Shown one piece after another: positions 18,474 to 27,587 of a DNA stretch of 64,000 nt (position 1 is the stretch's first letter; the number at the start of each line of letters is the position of its first letter). The position numbers and the translations under genes are program-made. Source of the DNA: Candidatus Bathyarchaeota archaeon (GTDB lineage Archaea > Thermoproteota > Bathyarchaeia > Bathyarchaeales > Bathycorpusculaceae); the NCBI GenBank assembly GCA_963833575.1, contig CAWHXY010000006.1:128001-192000 (forward strand). Reading direction: 5' to 3'. The notes beneath the pieces were generated by a model that was given only the letters and a program-made list of their open reading frames with translations, was not told where the DNA came from and did not search any database.

Positions 18474-19424
18474 TTGGCAGCAAAATTTAGGCTGGAGCAA
18501 GAAGGCAGCTTCACTTTCATGAGGCCTGACTCGATCGAGTGTAGGATCGTTACCTGCAAGCATTATGAGGCCTGTAAAAGCGTTGGCGAAAAGTCGGGTA
18601 TCCTGCCTAAAGCGAAGTACGGTTTTGAGGAAATTGATTGGCAGTTACCAGGCCACGGCGAGAAGTATGATGATTGTGGGGATTGGCGGTATCGTGGCTG
18701 TCTTAACGTAGAAGCTCACGGCCAGAATGAGCTCGGTCAGGATGTTGAGGGAAAGATCTGGGTTGAGTGGTATCATCGGAATTGTGGCCGTGCAGAATGT
18801 CCTACTGATTATGAAAGATGGGCTGGGCTTGAAGCATCAAAAATCACGCATCGGTTGAAGTATTTTTGGAAGAGGGGAAAGGTGCTTCATATAACCATTT
18901 CTCCGAGTGAAAAGGACGCTTTAACATTGAGCTTTACCAAATTGAAGGCTAAAATGTACCGTGTTGCAAGGCTGAGGGGGATCAAGGGAGGCTGTGTAAT
19001 TTGGCATCCCTTCAGGGAAAATGATGATGGAACCTGGAGAGTATCTGGCCACTTCCATATCTTAGGGTTTGGGTGGGTTCGAAATGTCAGCCAGGGGTAC
19101 AAAAGTGATGGTTGGTTAGTGAAAAACATCCAGGACGGTCAGAAGGAAAGATCTGTTTTCAGGACGGCCATGTATCAGCTTAGCCACTGTGGTATAAGTA
19201 AAGGAACTCGTCCTGTGGCTTGGTTTGGAGTTTGCAGCTCAAAAATCAAAGTTCCAGAGATTGAGGAAGTTAAGCATCTATGTCCATGTTGCGGAGCTGA
19301 GCTAGTACAGCTTCGTTATTATGGAGATCCTGACGGTCTCCCAGATAAGACTGAAGAGAACGGTTCCTGGTTGGATTCTGGAGATTGGATCGAGAAAGAA
19401 ACAGTGAAATGGAGGAGAGATTAG
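18474..19424 (+). CDS. rep: Rolling-circle replication initiator (HUH endonuclease Rep)
   Basis: VLHITISP, GHFHILG (HUH), YQLSH, CGRAECP, CPCCG. Homolog of 2216..3190. Confidence 0.82.
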   Translation: MAAKFRLEQEGSFTFMRPDSIECRIVTCKHYEACKSVGEKSGILPKAKYGFEEIDWQLPGHGEKYDDCGDWRYRGCLNVEAHGQNELGQDVEGKIWVEWYHRNCGRAECPTDYERWAGLEASKITHRLKYFWKRGKVLHITISPSEKDALTLSFTKLKAKMYRVARLRGIKGGCVIWHPFRENDDGTWRVSGHFHILGFGWVRNVSQGYKSDGWLVKNIQDGQKERSVFRTAMYQLSHCGISKGTRPVAWFGVCSSKIKVPEIEEVKHLCPCCGAELVQLRYYGDPDGLPDKTEENGSWLDSGDWIEKETVKWRRD

Positions 19425-19425
19425 G

Positions 19426-19638
19426 ATGTCTAAACTAGGGAGAAAGATTTGTTGCATCTATAGAAAGGATGCTCGCTGTGTTAGACCATTCCAGGATTTT
19501 CAACGGTGTTTCTTCATTGGAAATCATGTTAGAGCTGGAGAACAATGTGATTTTGACGTTGGAGTATGTTTGTTGGTACCTGAAGCAATTAAAGCTCAAT
19601 ATCTCGCTATTTTAGAAAAAAATGGTTTTCATAGGTGA
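19426..19638 (+). CDS. E2-specific Cys-rich small protein
   Basis: Packed 1 nt after Rep, six Cys residues, absent from E1. Confidence 0.55.
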   Translation: MSKLGRKICCIYRKDARCVRPFQDFQRCFFIGNHVRAGEQCDFDVGVCLLVPEAIKAQYLAILEKNGFHR

Positions 19639-19645
19639 TGATTAG

Positions 19646-19804
19646 ATGTTCGTTAGCATTGAGATTTTAGAGAGTTTCAGGGCCAGGATCCAGGTTAAGA
19701 TCTGTGGTGAATGTCGGTTCTGGGTTGGCCGTTGCCTTTTAGGTGAGGGGAACCGTTTTGCCGGATCTGAGGCTTGTAATAGATCTAGGAGTCGAGATGT
19801 GTAA
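19646..19804 (+). CDS. Small Cys-rich protein (52 aa, not in ORF track)
   Basis: MFVSIEILESFRARIQVKICGECRFWVGRCLLGEGNRFAGSEACNRSRSRDV. Homolog of 3190..3351. Its stop overlaps the next ATG. Confidence 0.75.
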   Translation: MFVSIEILESFRARIQVKICGECRFWVGRCLLGEGNRFAGSEACNRSRSRDV

Positions 19805-20097
19805 TGGCTAGGGCTACAGATTGTATCTTAACAGGTACTAATCAAAAGAGGCTGTTGCGAGAGATTAGACAAAAGCGGTTGCTACCTCTGAATTTTGTTG
19901 AGAGGGTCAGGGATAAGGTTGTGGATCTAGATATCAGCTGTGAGATGTGTGGCCGAAGGATTAGAAAGGGCTCCAGGATCCATGTGATAAGGAGCTCAAT
20001 TAAAGTCAGGATTTATCATCTGTGTTGTTTTGAGGGCTCTTTTATTCATGCTCACAGAAGTAACTGTGATCAAGCTTCTGGGAGGGTTGAAAACTAA
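19804..20097 (+). CDS. Zn-finger protein (CxxC...HxxC)
   Basis: CEMC and YHLCC. Homolog of 3356..3652. Confidence 0.75.
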   Translation: MARATDCILTGTNQKRLLREIRQKRLLPLNFVERVRDKVVDLDISCEMCGRRIRKGSRIHVIRSSIKVRIYHLCCFEGSFIHAHRSNCDQASGRVEN

Positions 20098-20098
20098 A

Positions 20099-20311
20099 AT
20101 GCCAAAAGGTGAAGGTACTGCTGGAGGCATCATGGAGATAATTAAGACTCCGCTGGGCATCATCATTTTGTTTATCATTATGTTGGTGCTAGCTGGACTC
20201 TCGATTGCCTCAGCTATCTCAGGAGCCTTAACCGCTGCAGCTGTCAGTTCAGCTGGGCTGTTGGTTGTAGTTGTGCTCCTGGTAGTTGTCAAAGTATTAG
20301 GGAAATCTTAA
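20099..20311 (+). CDS. 70-aa hydrophobic helical-hairpin protein, candidate major capsid or pilin-like protein
   Basis: Protein identical to 3654..3866. Confidence 0.65.
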   Translation: MPKGEGTAGGIMEIIKTPLGIIILFIIMLVLAGLSIASAISGALTAAAVSSAGLLVVVVLLVVVKVLGKS

Positions 20312-20599
20312 GCAGAAAGGCTCAGAATTGAGCTTTATTTCCTCATTCTCCCTCATTTTTCCGTTAATTAACATCTTTTGAGCTCCAGGAGAGGGGTTTT
20401 TGACTCTCTTAGGGTGGTCAGTTTTGATCGGAAAATGGCCAAGTTTCTTCAATCTTTTGCGTACGTGAGAAATTTGGGCCCCTTTATTATTATATTATGT
20501 ATATTAGGTAATCACAAAAAAAATAAATATTAAAAAATGCTTAGTAGAATTCAATTTGGGGTTGAATGTTGAAATGGAGCTCAGTTTGGTGGTATCTAA

Positions 20600-20881
20600 G
20601 TGAGAGAGTACAGTAATGGCTTCTCTGTTAAGCTAACAGATGAGGAGCAAGCAAGCTATGAGAGAGTTCTCAGTTATTATAAGGCCGTTGATCCTTCTCG
20701 ATCAAAAGCTTTCAGGTTGTTGCTGAGGGCGCTGGAGTTGGAGATCTCCAGGCAATCTCAGAAGGCCTATTGGAGTAACACCGAGTTTGATCCTCCCAGG
20801 GCTGAACCAAGCCATGACGTAACAATCAGTTCTGAGGAGGAGTTCCTGGAGAGAGAAGCAAAGGACACCTGGACTGAGTAG
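20600..20881 (+). CDS. Ribbon-helix-helix-like regulator
   Basis: Protein identical to 4155..4436. Confidence 0.55.
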   Translation: MREYSNGFSVKLTDEEQASYERVLSYYKAVDPSRSKAFRLLLRALELEISRQSQKAYWSNTEFDPPRAEPSHDVTISSEEEFLEREAKDTWTE

Positions 20882-20884
20882 GGC

Positions 20885-21131
20885 AAAAGTAATATCCATA
20901 AAGGCGTTATTATTGATCAAGCAGCTGAGGCTAGCTGCATGGCTCCAGGAGGATTTAAGATCTTGAAACCGTCTTTTTCTTCCTTTTGGAGCCATCCAAT
21001 TTTAACTATTTTTGTCAATTGTGAAATAGGTCTAAAATCGGACATAGTGGGTAAAAAGTAATATCCGTTTGATGGGCTTTTGTGTCCATTTTGTTTATAA
21101 GTAAAAAGTAATATCCGTTTCATGGACTTTT
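20885..21131 (+). promoter_or_regulatory. AAAAGTAATATCC direct repeats upstream of the integrase
   Basis: Same three repeats as 4440-4686. Confidence 0.6.
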
Positions 21132-21195
21132 CTAAAAACTGTAGATGTTAAGAGCCTTGACGTTGAATAAGTCCTTCAAGGTTTCAAGATTTAAA

Positions 21196-22482
21196 ATGAG
21201 TGCTGATTTAGCTCAAATTTCAAGTTCAAGTAACAAAACCAGCTCAGCTCCTCAGTGTCCTGAGTGTAGTTCTCATGAAGTAGTTCTTGATGGCCATCGT
21301 TACTCCTGGGGCCAGGATATTCAGCTTTTCAGATGTAAATCATGTAAGCATAGGTTCTCAAACGGACATAACAGTTCAAAAACTAATCAAAATACTATTA
21401 GATCTAACCAATTAGGCGCTAAATTAGAGGCGAAAAAATTGGTCGTGCTGCCACATAGAAAACATGTCGGCACGGGAGAAGTCACTGCAGAACATGAAGC
21501 ATTGCTTAGAGTTTTTGAAGGTTGGCTACGGAAAGAAGGCTACAACAAAAACTGTTATCCAAACAACGTAAAGACATTGCTATACCTTGGGGCCAATCTT
21601 TTAGATCCAGAGGATGTCAAAGCAAAAATCGCTGATCACAACGTCAAAAACGGAATGAAAATGCAACTTTGCTACAGTTATGAAGCGTTTCTACGGATGA
21701 ACAAAATGACTTGGACGCGACCAAAAAATGGAAAAGGCTACAAACAAGACGAGATTGATCCGTGGATTCCACTTGAGGTAGAGCTGGATCAACTGATTGC
21801 AGCTGCACATAGCAAGCGGATGGCAGTTTTTCTACGGACTCTTAAGGAAACTTTCACTGATCCAAGTGAGGCACTACAGATTGAGAGCCATGACATTGCA
21901 GACAATTCAGTAACGATCAGACATCCTGTTAAGAAACATCGTCCACGAACGCTAGAAGTTTCACCTCAGCTGATTGCAGATCTAAATAGCCTCTCACATG
22001 ATTCAGATCGGATTTTTGATTGCAGATACAGCACTATGATCAGCGGTTTTATTGCGTTGCGTAGGCGTGTCGCTCAAAGAACCCAAAACGACAGAATAAA
22101 CTACATCGAGTTACGGAGCTACAGACATTGGGCTGGAACAATGATTGCAGAAATGTCAAACGGTAATCCAATGTCAGTAATGAAGCTGCTAGGCTTAAGA
22201 CGCATTGAAAATGCTATGAAATACGTTAACATCTGGAAATTGAGCTTCAAAACTGAGACTGAATGGCAATACATGGAAGTTACAACACCTGAAGAACTAA
22301 AGATTGCCTTGCTTGGCGGCTACCAACATGTCATCGACAAGTTTGGAGCTTCATGGTTTAGAAGACCTAAAAGAATTGCCATTGCTATTACACCGATTAG
22401 CCAGCGACCAGATGAACCACAATGTCCCCAGATAGAAACCCCGATTAATAAACGCGAACCTGCATTAAGAAACGCTTATTAA
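21196..22482 (+). CDS. int: Tyrosine-recombinase-family integrase (E2) with non-canonical catalytic residues
   Basis: Shares the MSADLAQ...LEAKKLV N-terminus with the E1 integrase. Core reads KETFTDPSEAL, LRSYRHW, LLGLRRIENAMKY. Its 3' end overlaps attR. Confidence 0.82.
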   Translation: MSADLAQISSSSNKTSSAPQCPECSSHEVVLDGHRYSWGQDIQLFRCKSCKHRFSNGHNSSKTNQNTIRSNQLGAKLEAKKLVVLPHRKHVGTGEVTAEHEALLRVFEGWLRKEGYNKNCYPNNVKTLLYLGANLLDPEDVKAKIADHNVKNGMKMQLCYSYEAFLRMNKMTWTRPKNGKGYKQDEIDPWIPLEVELDQLIAAAHSKRMAVFLRTLKETFTDPSEALQIESHDIADNSVTIRHPVKKHRPRTLEVSPQLIADLNSLSHDSDRIFDCRYSTMISGFIALRRRVAQRTQNDRINYIELRSYRHWAGTMIAEMSNGNPMSVMKLLGLRRIENAMKYVNIWKLSFKTETEWQYMEVTTPEELKIALLGGYQHVIDKFGASWFRRPKRIAIAITPISQRPDEPQCPQIETPINKREPALRNAY

Positions 22483-22743
22483 ATGACGCGGATTAAACCT
22501 TAGAAGCCAGAGGTTTTGGGCGAGTAGATCAGTCTGGCATGATCGCCACGTTGGCATCGTGGAGGTCCCGGGTTCAAATCCCGGCTCGTCCACCAAACAA
22601 TTATTCGTGTTTACGCCTCGAAGGCGACTTATTGCCAATTTAAGGGCATTTTCACAGATTTTTGGCGCATTTAACCCAATTTCATAAGCTAAATTCGCTA
22701 ATTCTGGATTTAATTCAATCGTTGCACTGACTTGTGTTGTCAT
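22465..22743 (-). CDS. CcdA-like/RHH antitoxin-type ORF whose C-terminus runs antisense into the tRNA
   Basis: ATIELNPELANLAYEIGLNAPKICENALKLAISRL resembles CcdA-family proteins. The tail LVDEPGFEPG is the tRNA read antisense. Confidence 0.5.
   Translation of the reverse strand: MTTQVSATIELNPELANLAYEIGLNAPKICENALKLAISRLRGVNTNNCLVDEPGFEPGTSTMPTWRSCQTDLLAQNLWLLRFNPRHLISVS
22466..22483 (+). promoter_or_regulatory. E2 attR coinciding with the probable BRE/TATA promoter of tRNA-Ala
   Basis: Purine-rich AAGAAACG followed by CTTATTAAA, about 35 bp upstream of the mature tRNA start at 22518. Confidence 0.7.
22518..22595 (+). tRNA. tRNA-Ala(GGC), CCA encoded
   Basis: Acceptor stem GGGCGAG/CTCGTCC with G3:U70, anticodon arm CCACG-TTGGCAT-CGTGG, T loop GGTTCAAATCC, 3' ACCA. 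Confidence 0.96.
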
Positions 22744-22939
22744 TTTGTTGATCTCCACGAAATGCACGTGTCTGTTGTCCGGTTAGGACTTTATAGGAAT
22801 TTTGTCCAAGCCTATTTTTTAAGAGGTGACTTTGCAAAGTTTGAAAAGTTGATGACTATGAAATAAGTCGAGAGGACTTTGCAGTTTTATGAAAGACTTA
22901 AGAACCAAGTACGATAATCCAGATAACTGGTGACTTGGC

Positions 22940-24877
22940 TTGCCAGCTCCAAAATACTTGATTCCGCAATTTCTTCATCTCAAGATTAGTAACATGACAA
23001 CTTTTCCACAAGAAAAGAGAATTTCCTTTGATAAGGGAATACACGTAATATTTGGCGGAAACCATTCAGGAAAAACCACAATAGTAAACTCCATAAGATA
23101 TGGCGTTTTCGGCTTATCATCGAGTAGCCTCCCTGAAGGAGTTGAAAAGAGGTATTTTTCATCAAGAATTCAAGAAAATATACGCAATTCTTTAGATATT
23201 AATACTGAGTGTCGTTTGGACAACGTCAAAATAACAACTCATAGAAAGGTTTTCTCCTCAATAAATGCAGAAATTGAAGCAACAATTTCAAAGGAGACAA
23301 AAAACACCTTTTCAATGTCACAAGAAACTGTCGTCCGTGAAAAGGAGTATTATGATAGACTAAGGGGCATTATGGGAAACATCGACGAACAACAACTGGA
23401 TTTTGTTTCAAATCTTATGTTTGCCGATGAAAGCAGACATTATATTCTCTGGAGTAAGAACTTAGAAAACTTTGTAACGTACTTTCTTACATCTCCAGAG
23501 ATTTTTAAAGAATACATGACCCTTGAAACTGAAATAATCAAAACTGACATAGAATTGACAAAGCTTAAACAAGAAAGGACTCAAGGAGTAAACAAACTTC
23601 AAGATAATGAGCGGTTGGAAAAGTCTTTCGAGAGAACATTGAAAGAATTCGAAAAATTGGATATTGATCAAGTAACTGAAGAAATCGAATCTTTGGGCAA
23701 TCAATTAGAAGAGTGCAGAACCAAAGTCGCTGAAGCAAGCAACATTTTGTCAATCAAAATTAAAGACAGATCGGATATTGTTACAAAAATTGCGGAGAAT
23801 AAACATGAAATCGATGAGATAGAAGAAAAATCTGATGATGCGAAAAAAGAACTTCTTAAAGCGTATCTCAATCCGCAAGATAGTGATCAATACCATCTTG
23901 GTAGATATCTTTACCATAAAAAGCAATGCCCTGTATGTTCTGCTGATATGTCTGATGAGATAAACAGTCGTCTGGAAAAGAGAAAATGTCCACTTTGTGG
24001 TCATAGAGACATAGTTGATTACCGAAGTGATGCAAAAACAAGTGATAACCAATTTTCGATTCTCACTGAAAGCAAAGAAAAAATTGTTTCCCTTATGCAT
24101 TCAACCGAAACTAATTTAACTAAAATAGAAGGTCAAATCGAAGAAACAAACATGATTTTAGGTCAAGAACACGCAAGAGAGGTTGCATTGCTCCAAAGGA
24201 GAGCTGAATTTAAATCAATCGAAGAAAGCCTGCTCAGAAGGGAAATAATCCTTGATCAACTAAAGAAAATATCCATGCAAAAAGGAGTTTTCGAAGAAGC
24301 TATTACCGAGATTGATGAAAAAATAGAAAATACAAACGAGAAAATAGAAAAAACAAAACAGAAACAAGACCGTGTAAGAAACGATATGGAATTGGACGCC
24401 AAAACCGCTTTGACAAATGTTCGACAAAGATTTTCCAATTTCTTTGACATAGCCACGAATGGAGAAGAATCGGCAAAACTTACAGAACATTTAATTCCTG
24501 AACTTAACGGTCGTCCAGTGTTTCATTATGACACAGTATCGCAATTTGAACGTACCGTTTTCGATTATGCTTTTAGGATTGCATTGTTGTCTGAATTCGC
24601 AGTAAGAACAAACACTTTCCCTTCACTAATTATTGAAACTCCTGACGAGGTAACTGATGAGTCTTATATACCCCATTTGGCTAAAGCGATTTTCAAGTAT
24701 TGTTCAAATCTTTCTATCGTTGTTACAACGGTTAACACTGATCTAATGAAACATCTACTCAACAATTACAAAGGCGAGGAAAAAAATAGACATTTCACTG
24801 ATTTAGTTTCTAAAGGCACACTTACGCAGAAAAAGTTCTACGAAGTTTCTATCAAGAAATATTTAAGTGAAATTTAA
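22940..24877 (+). CDS. SMC/Rad50-like ABC ATPase with long coiled coil and central CxxC motifs
   Basis: Walker A GGNHSGKTT, coiled coils, CPVC and CPLC, degenerate signature VSQFE, Walker B LIIETPD. Confidence 0.85.
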   Translation: MPAPKYLIPQFLHLKISNMTTFPQEKRISFDKGIHVIFGGNHSGKTTIVNSIRYGVFGLSSSSLPEGVEKRYFSSRIQENIRNSLDINTECRLDNVKITTHRKVFSSINAEIEATISKETKNTFSMSQETVVREKEYYDRLRGIMGNIDEQQLDFVSNLMFADESRHYILWSKNLENFVTYFLTSPEIFKEYMTLETEIIKTDIELTKLKQERTQGVNKLQDNERLEKSFERTLKEFEKLDIDQVTEEIESLGNQLEECRTKVAEASNILSIKIKDRSDIVTKIAENKHEIDEIEEKSDDAKKELLKAYLNPQDSDQYHLGRYLYHKKQCPVCSADMSDEINSRLEKRKCPLCGHRDIVDYRSDAKTSDNQFSILTESKEKIVSLMHSTETNLTKIEGQIEETNMILGQEHAREVALLQRRAEFKSIEESLLRREIILDQLKKISMQKGVFEEAITEIDEKIENTNEKIEKTKQKQDRVRNDMELDAKTALTNVRQRFSNFFDIATNGEESAKLTEHLIPELNGRPVFHYDTVSQFERTVFDYAFRIALLSEFAVRTNTFPSLIIETPDEVTDESYIPHLAKAIFKYCSNLSIVVTTVNTDLMKHLLNNYKGEEKNRHFTDLVSKGTLTQKKFYEVSIKKYLSEI

Positions 24878-25514
24878 TGAAAGATCGAATGAACTCGAGG
24901 AACTTAAAGATCAATTTGCTCTTTGGCTTCTTTTGAGTAAGCTGAAAAGATGCGAATATACAACTCAGCGACTGAAACTCCAAAAGCTTGTTTATTTAAT
25001 TGATATTTTTGGAACAATATTCGAAAAGAAACCAACCAACTACACATTCAATGTATACAAACTTGGACCTTTTTCAAAAGACATTTTGCAGGATATGGAT
25101 CGTCTTGTTTCTGTTGGCATAATAGATGCTAAAGAAATAAAACTTTGGGATCCTAATCACGAACGTTCATTTGAGTACAAGATAAAGAGAGAACCTGAGT
25201 TAAGCAAAATTGCCCCAGCCATTAAACGCGATTTTAGTTTGTTGGAAAGAACTATTGTTTTTACGGTTCAAGCAGTTGGCAATTTTAATAGCGAAGAAAT
25301 AAGAAAACTGGTATATAATGAGCCAAATTATGTTCAAGCTAAAAAACAGGGTTTCATGACAACAATTAATCCTCACTACGAACTCGCTAAACAATTCAGG
25401 GAGTCATCAAGAAAAATTGCTTTTGACCAATTCAAAATGGTCTTGGATGAAGAACAAATTTCTCTGCTTTACTTGGGTTATATGAAGAGTGGAAAATTTC
25501 CACATTTGCAATGA
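24867..25514 (+). CDS. SocA/Panacea (DUF4065)-like protein
   Basis: LKLQKLVYLID...YTFNVYKLGPFS motif. Overlaps the SMC stop codon. Confidence 0.65.
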   Translation: MKFNERSNELEELKDQFALWLLLSKLKRCEYTTQRLKLQKLVYLIDIFGTIFEKKPTNYTFNVYKLGPFSKDILQDMDRLVSVGIIDAKEIKLWDPNHERSFEYKIKREPELSKIAPAIKRDFSLLERTIVFTVQAVGNFNSEEIRKLVYNEPNYVQAKKQGFMTTINPHYELAKQFRESSRKIAFDQFKMVLDEEQISLLYLGYMKSGKFPHLQ

Positions 25515-25520
25515 TAATAA

Positions 25521-26503
25521 ATGAAGAAAGACGCTGTAGACGCTGATTTCAAATGCGCAATGGAAGATTTCATACAGGATTATCTCAATAAATATGGTTG
25601 GCTAATTGATTTATCGAAAAAGTATTTCATTTCTCCCTCCTTGTTTGAAAATATTTTGAAGTTTGTTGAAAGAGTTCCTAAGATGAGAAAAGAGAAGTCG
25701 CCACTTAGTCTAGGCTTGGCGTTCAAAAACAAAGTATTGAATCTTGAAGAACCATTAATGTCTTACAACCCATTTCATATTTCAGAAATGCGCAACTTTT
25801 CCAATCTGAAAAACGCGGTAGCTGGCAATCCACTATGTTACATCTTAGATCCGATCGGCTTGGTAAGTATTGGTCAGGTTCCCAAATCAATGATTTTGAC
25901 ATCTCCTGATCAGACATTAAGGAATTATCTAAAATCTTTAATACACTGACATTTTTTGTTGAAAACTCAATACTTGAGGTATATGACACCGGAAGTTTTG
26001 TTCAAATCAATAGAAACGGACTTTGGATGAAACCATGCATAATGGTGCTAAATGAATTTCAGAGGCAGGGATTCAAACTTGATCTTCTTCAACATGTATT
26101 GCAAATTTGCCTACAAATGTCCTACCTTAACAAGGGCGGCACTTTCGTTTTGACGAAAGATGACCCCCCAAAATTCTGCGTATCAATGATAAAAGGAAGC
26201 GTTTTCAAAAAAACAGAACTTGATCTTTTGCCCCCCACGGAGATAATTGCTTTTGCAGATATTGATGGCGCTGTCATCATAAACCAAAAAGGTGAATTGC
26301 TTAATGTCGGGCAACGACTTTGTCCACCAGACACAACCACAGGGTATTTCGTGGAATCAGGGCGAGGAGCCAGACATAATTTCGCCTCAATGTATTCAAA
26401 AGCAGTAGAGGCTCTTGTTTTTGTAGTTTCCGAAGAAGGCTCAATTTCACTATATTATTCTGGAGATTTACGTGCAAGATGTTTTTCTGAACTTTTTGAA
26501 TAA
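25521..26503 (+). CDS. DisA_N-type diadenylate cyclase with N-terminal extension, split by a 1-nt frameshift near 25918-25921
   Basis: The C-terminal part has DIDGAVII and GARHNFA (DGA/RHR motifs) and VVSEEG. Its frame is open back to 25910 (KELSKIFNTLTFFVENSILEVYDTGSFVQINRNGLWMKP), overlapping ORF 25521..25949. Confidence 0.78.
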
Positions 26504-26516
26504 GGAATTGTTATAC

Positions 26517-26753
26517 TCAGTTTGACTTCTCGTTTTTCAAATCCCTAAAATTGTGGCTTCCTTGAGAATCTCTTGACAATTCATGATATCCATCTTTATC
26601 TCTGAGTACTGTTGCGTCGCCTTTTTTTATATTTATAAATGTCAAGTCATCATCAAAAACTTGTGTTTTTGAAGCTGTCAAGCCAAACAATCCTTTTGCC
26701 CATCCGCTCGCTTTAATCTTCGTATATTTTTCACGCGATTTTGTTTTTACCAC
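26517..26753 (-). CDS. Small hypothetical protein
   Basis: ORF track; GAGGTGG SD-like sequence upstream. Confidence 0.5.
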   Translation of the reverse strand: MVKTKSREKYTKIKASGWAKGLFGLTASKTQVFDDDLTFINIKKGDATVLRDKDGYHELSRDSQGSHNFRDLKNEKSN

Positions 26754-26792
26754 ATTTCCACCTCAAATTAGTATTTTACTTCATTTAATGGG

Positions 26793-27260
26793 CTATTTTG
26801 GTAACGCCTTCTCAATTTCGACTAGTCGGTCTCTCATCCCTTTCGCGAACTCTGTTGAAACATCTGTTTCAATAACTTTTAGTTCTATCAATAATCTTTG
26901 AAACTCAGCCTCGGGAGTGGGAATAGATTCCCAAGGATCAGGGGTATAGCCTGTCATCTCCATCGCGTCAATTGACGAACAAGCCTTCCAATATTTTTTC
27001 ATGAGTATGTCAAGCATGCGATACCCAGATTTTTCGGCAATTTCTTCTGCTTTTTTTCTCCCTTCAACATATTCTTCACCTTTCTGTTTCTGAAGTTTAT
27101 CTAATAGTGGTGACATGTCAGGGTTTTTTCTTAATTCTAAATATTGAATTATGCCGGTTTTTGCAACGTTCGACCAACTTACTTCAGGATAAGCGTCCAT
27201 TTGATTTCCTACATCATCAGGTAACCCGAGCGTTATGTTCCTAGTCATTTCGCTTAACAA
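26793..27260 (-). CDS. Protein with N-terminal RHH/antitoxin-like domain
   Basis: RNITLGLPDDV...YPEVSWSNVAK..I.QYL pattern. Confidence 0.6.
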   Translation of the reverse strand: MLSEMTRNITLGLPDDVGNQMDAYPEVSWSNVAKTGIIQYLELRKNPDMSPLLDKLQKQKGEEYVEGRKKAEEIAEKSGYRMLDILMKKYWKACSSIDAMEMTGYTPDPWESIPTPEAEFQRLLIELKVIETDVSTEFAKGMRDRLVEIEKALPK

Positions 27261-27587
27261 ACTCCTGTGAATATACAGTTATCACAGGAATAAAAGCATT
27301 TCCATGACCACAGTTTTCACAGTATTCACAGCAATTTGTTTATCGAGTCGAATGAATCTTTACTTTCTTTGCGTTCCGCAAAGTATGTTATCAAATTGTA
27401 TGGGCATTTATCCATGAAAAAGGATGATTATTCATAATTTCAGACTTTTTAACACGTTTTTTCATTGAAAATCGAGTAAAATTATTCTGCAAAATCGACA
27501 ATCAAGGGCAATTTTACCCTATTTCAATGTTTACCCGACACTATGTGTTCGATGAACTCTCAGTCTTTTCAATGATGTCAAATCGCT

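Larger units (their letters stand above)
17892..22481 (+). mobile_element. Integrated element E2 (relative of E1), 4574-bp circle
   Basis: Perfect 16-bp direct repeat TAAGAAACGCTTATTA at 17892-17907 and 22466-22481. Same gene order as E1. Confidence 0.92.

Noticed and set aside
17892-22481. E2 as an assembly duplicate of E1
   Set aside because: Rep, ORF2, the integrase core, att sites and gene content differ substantially.
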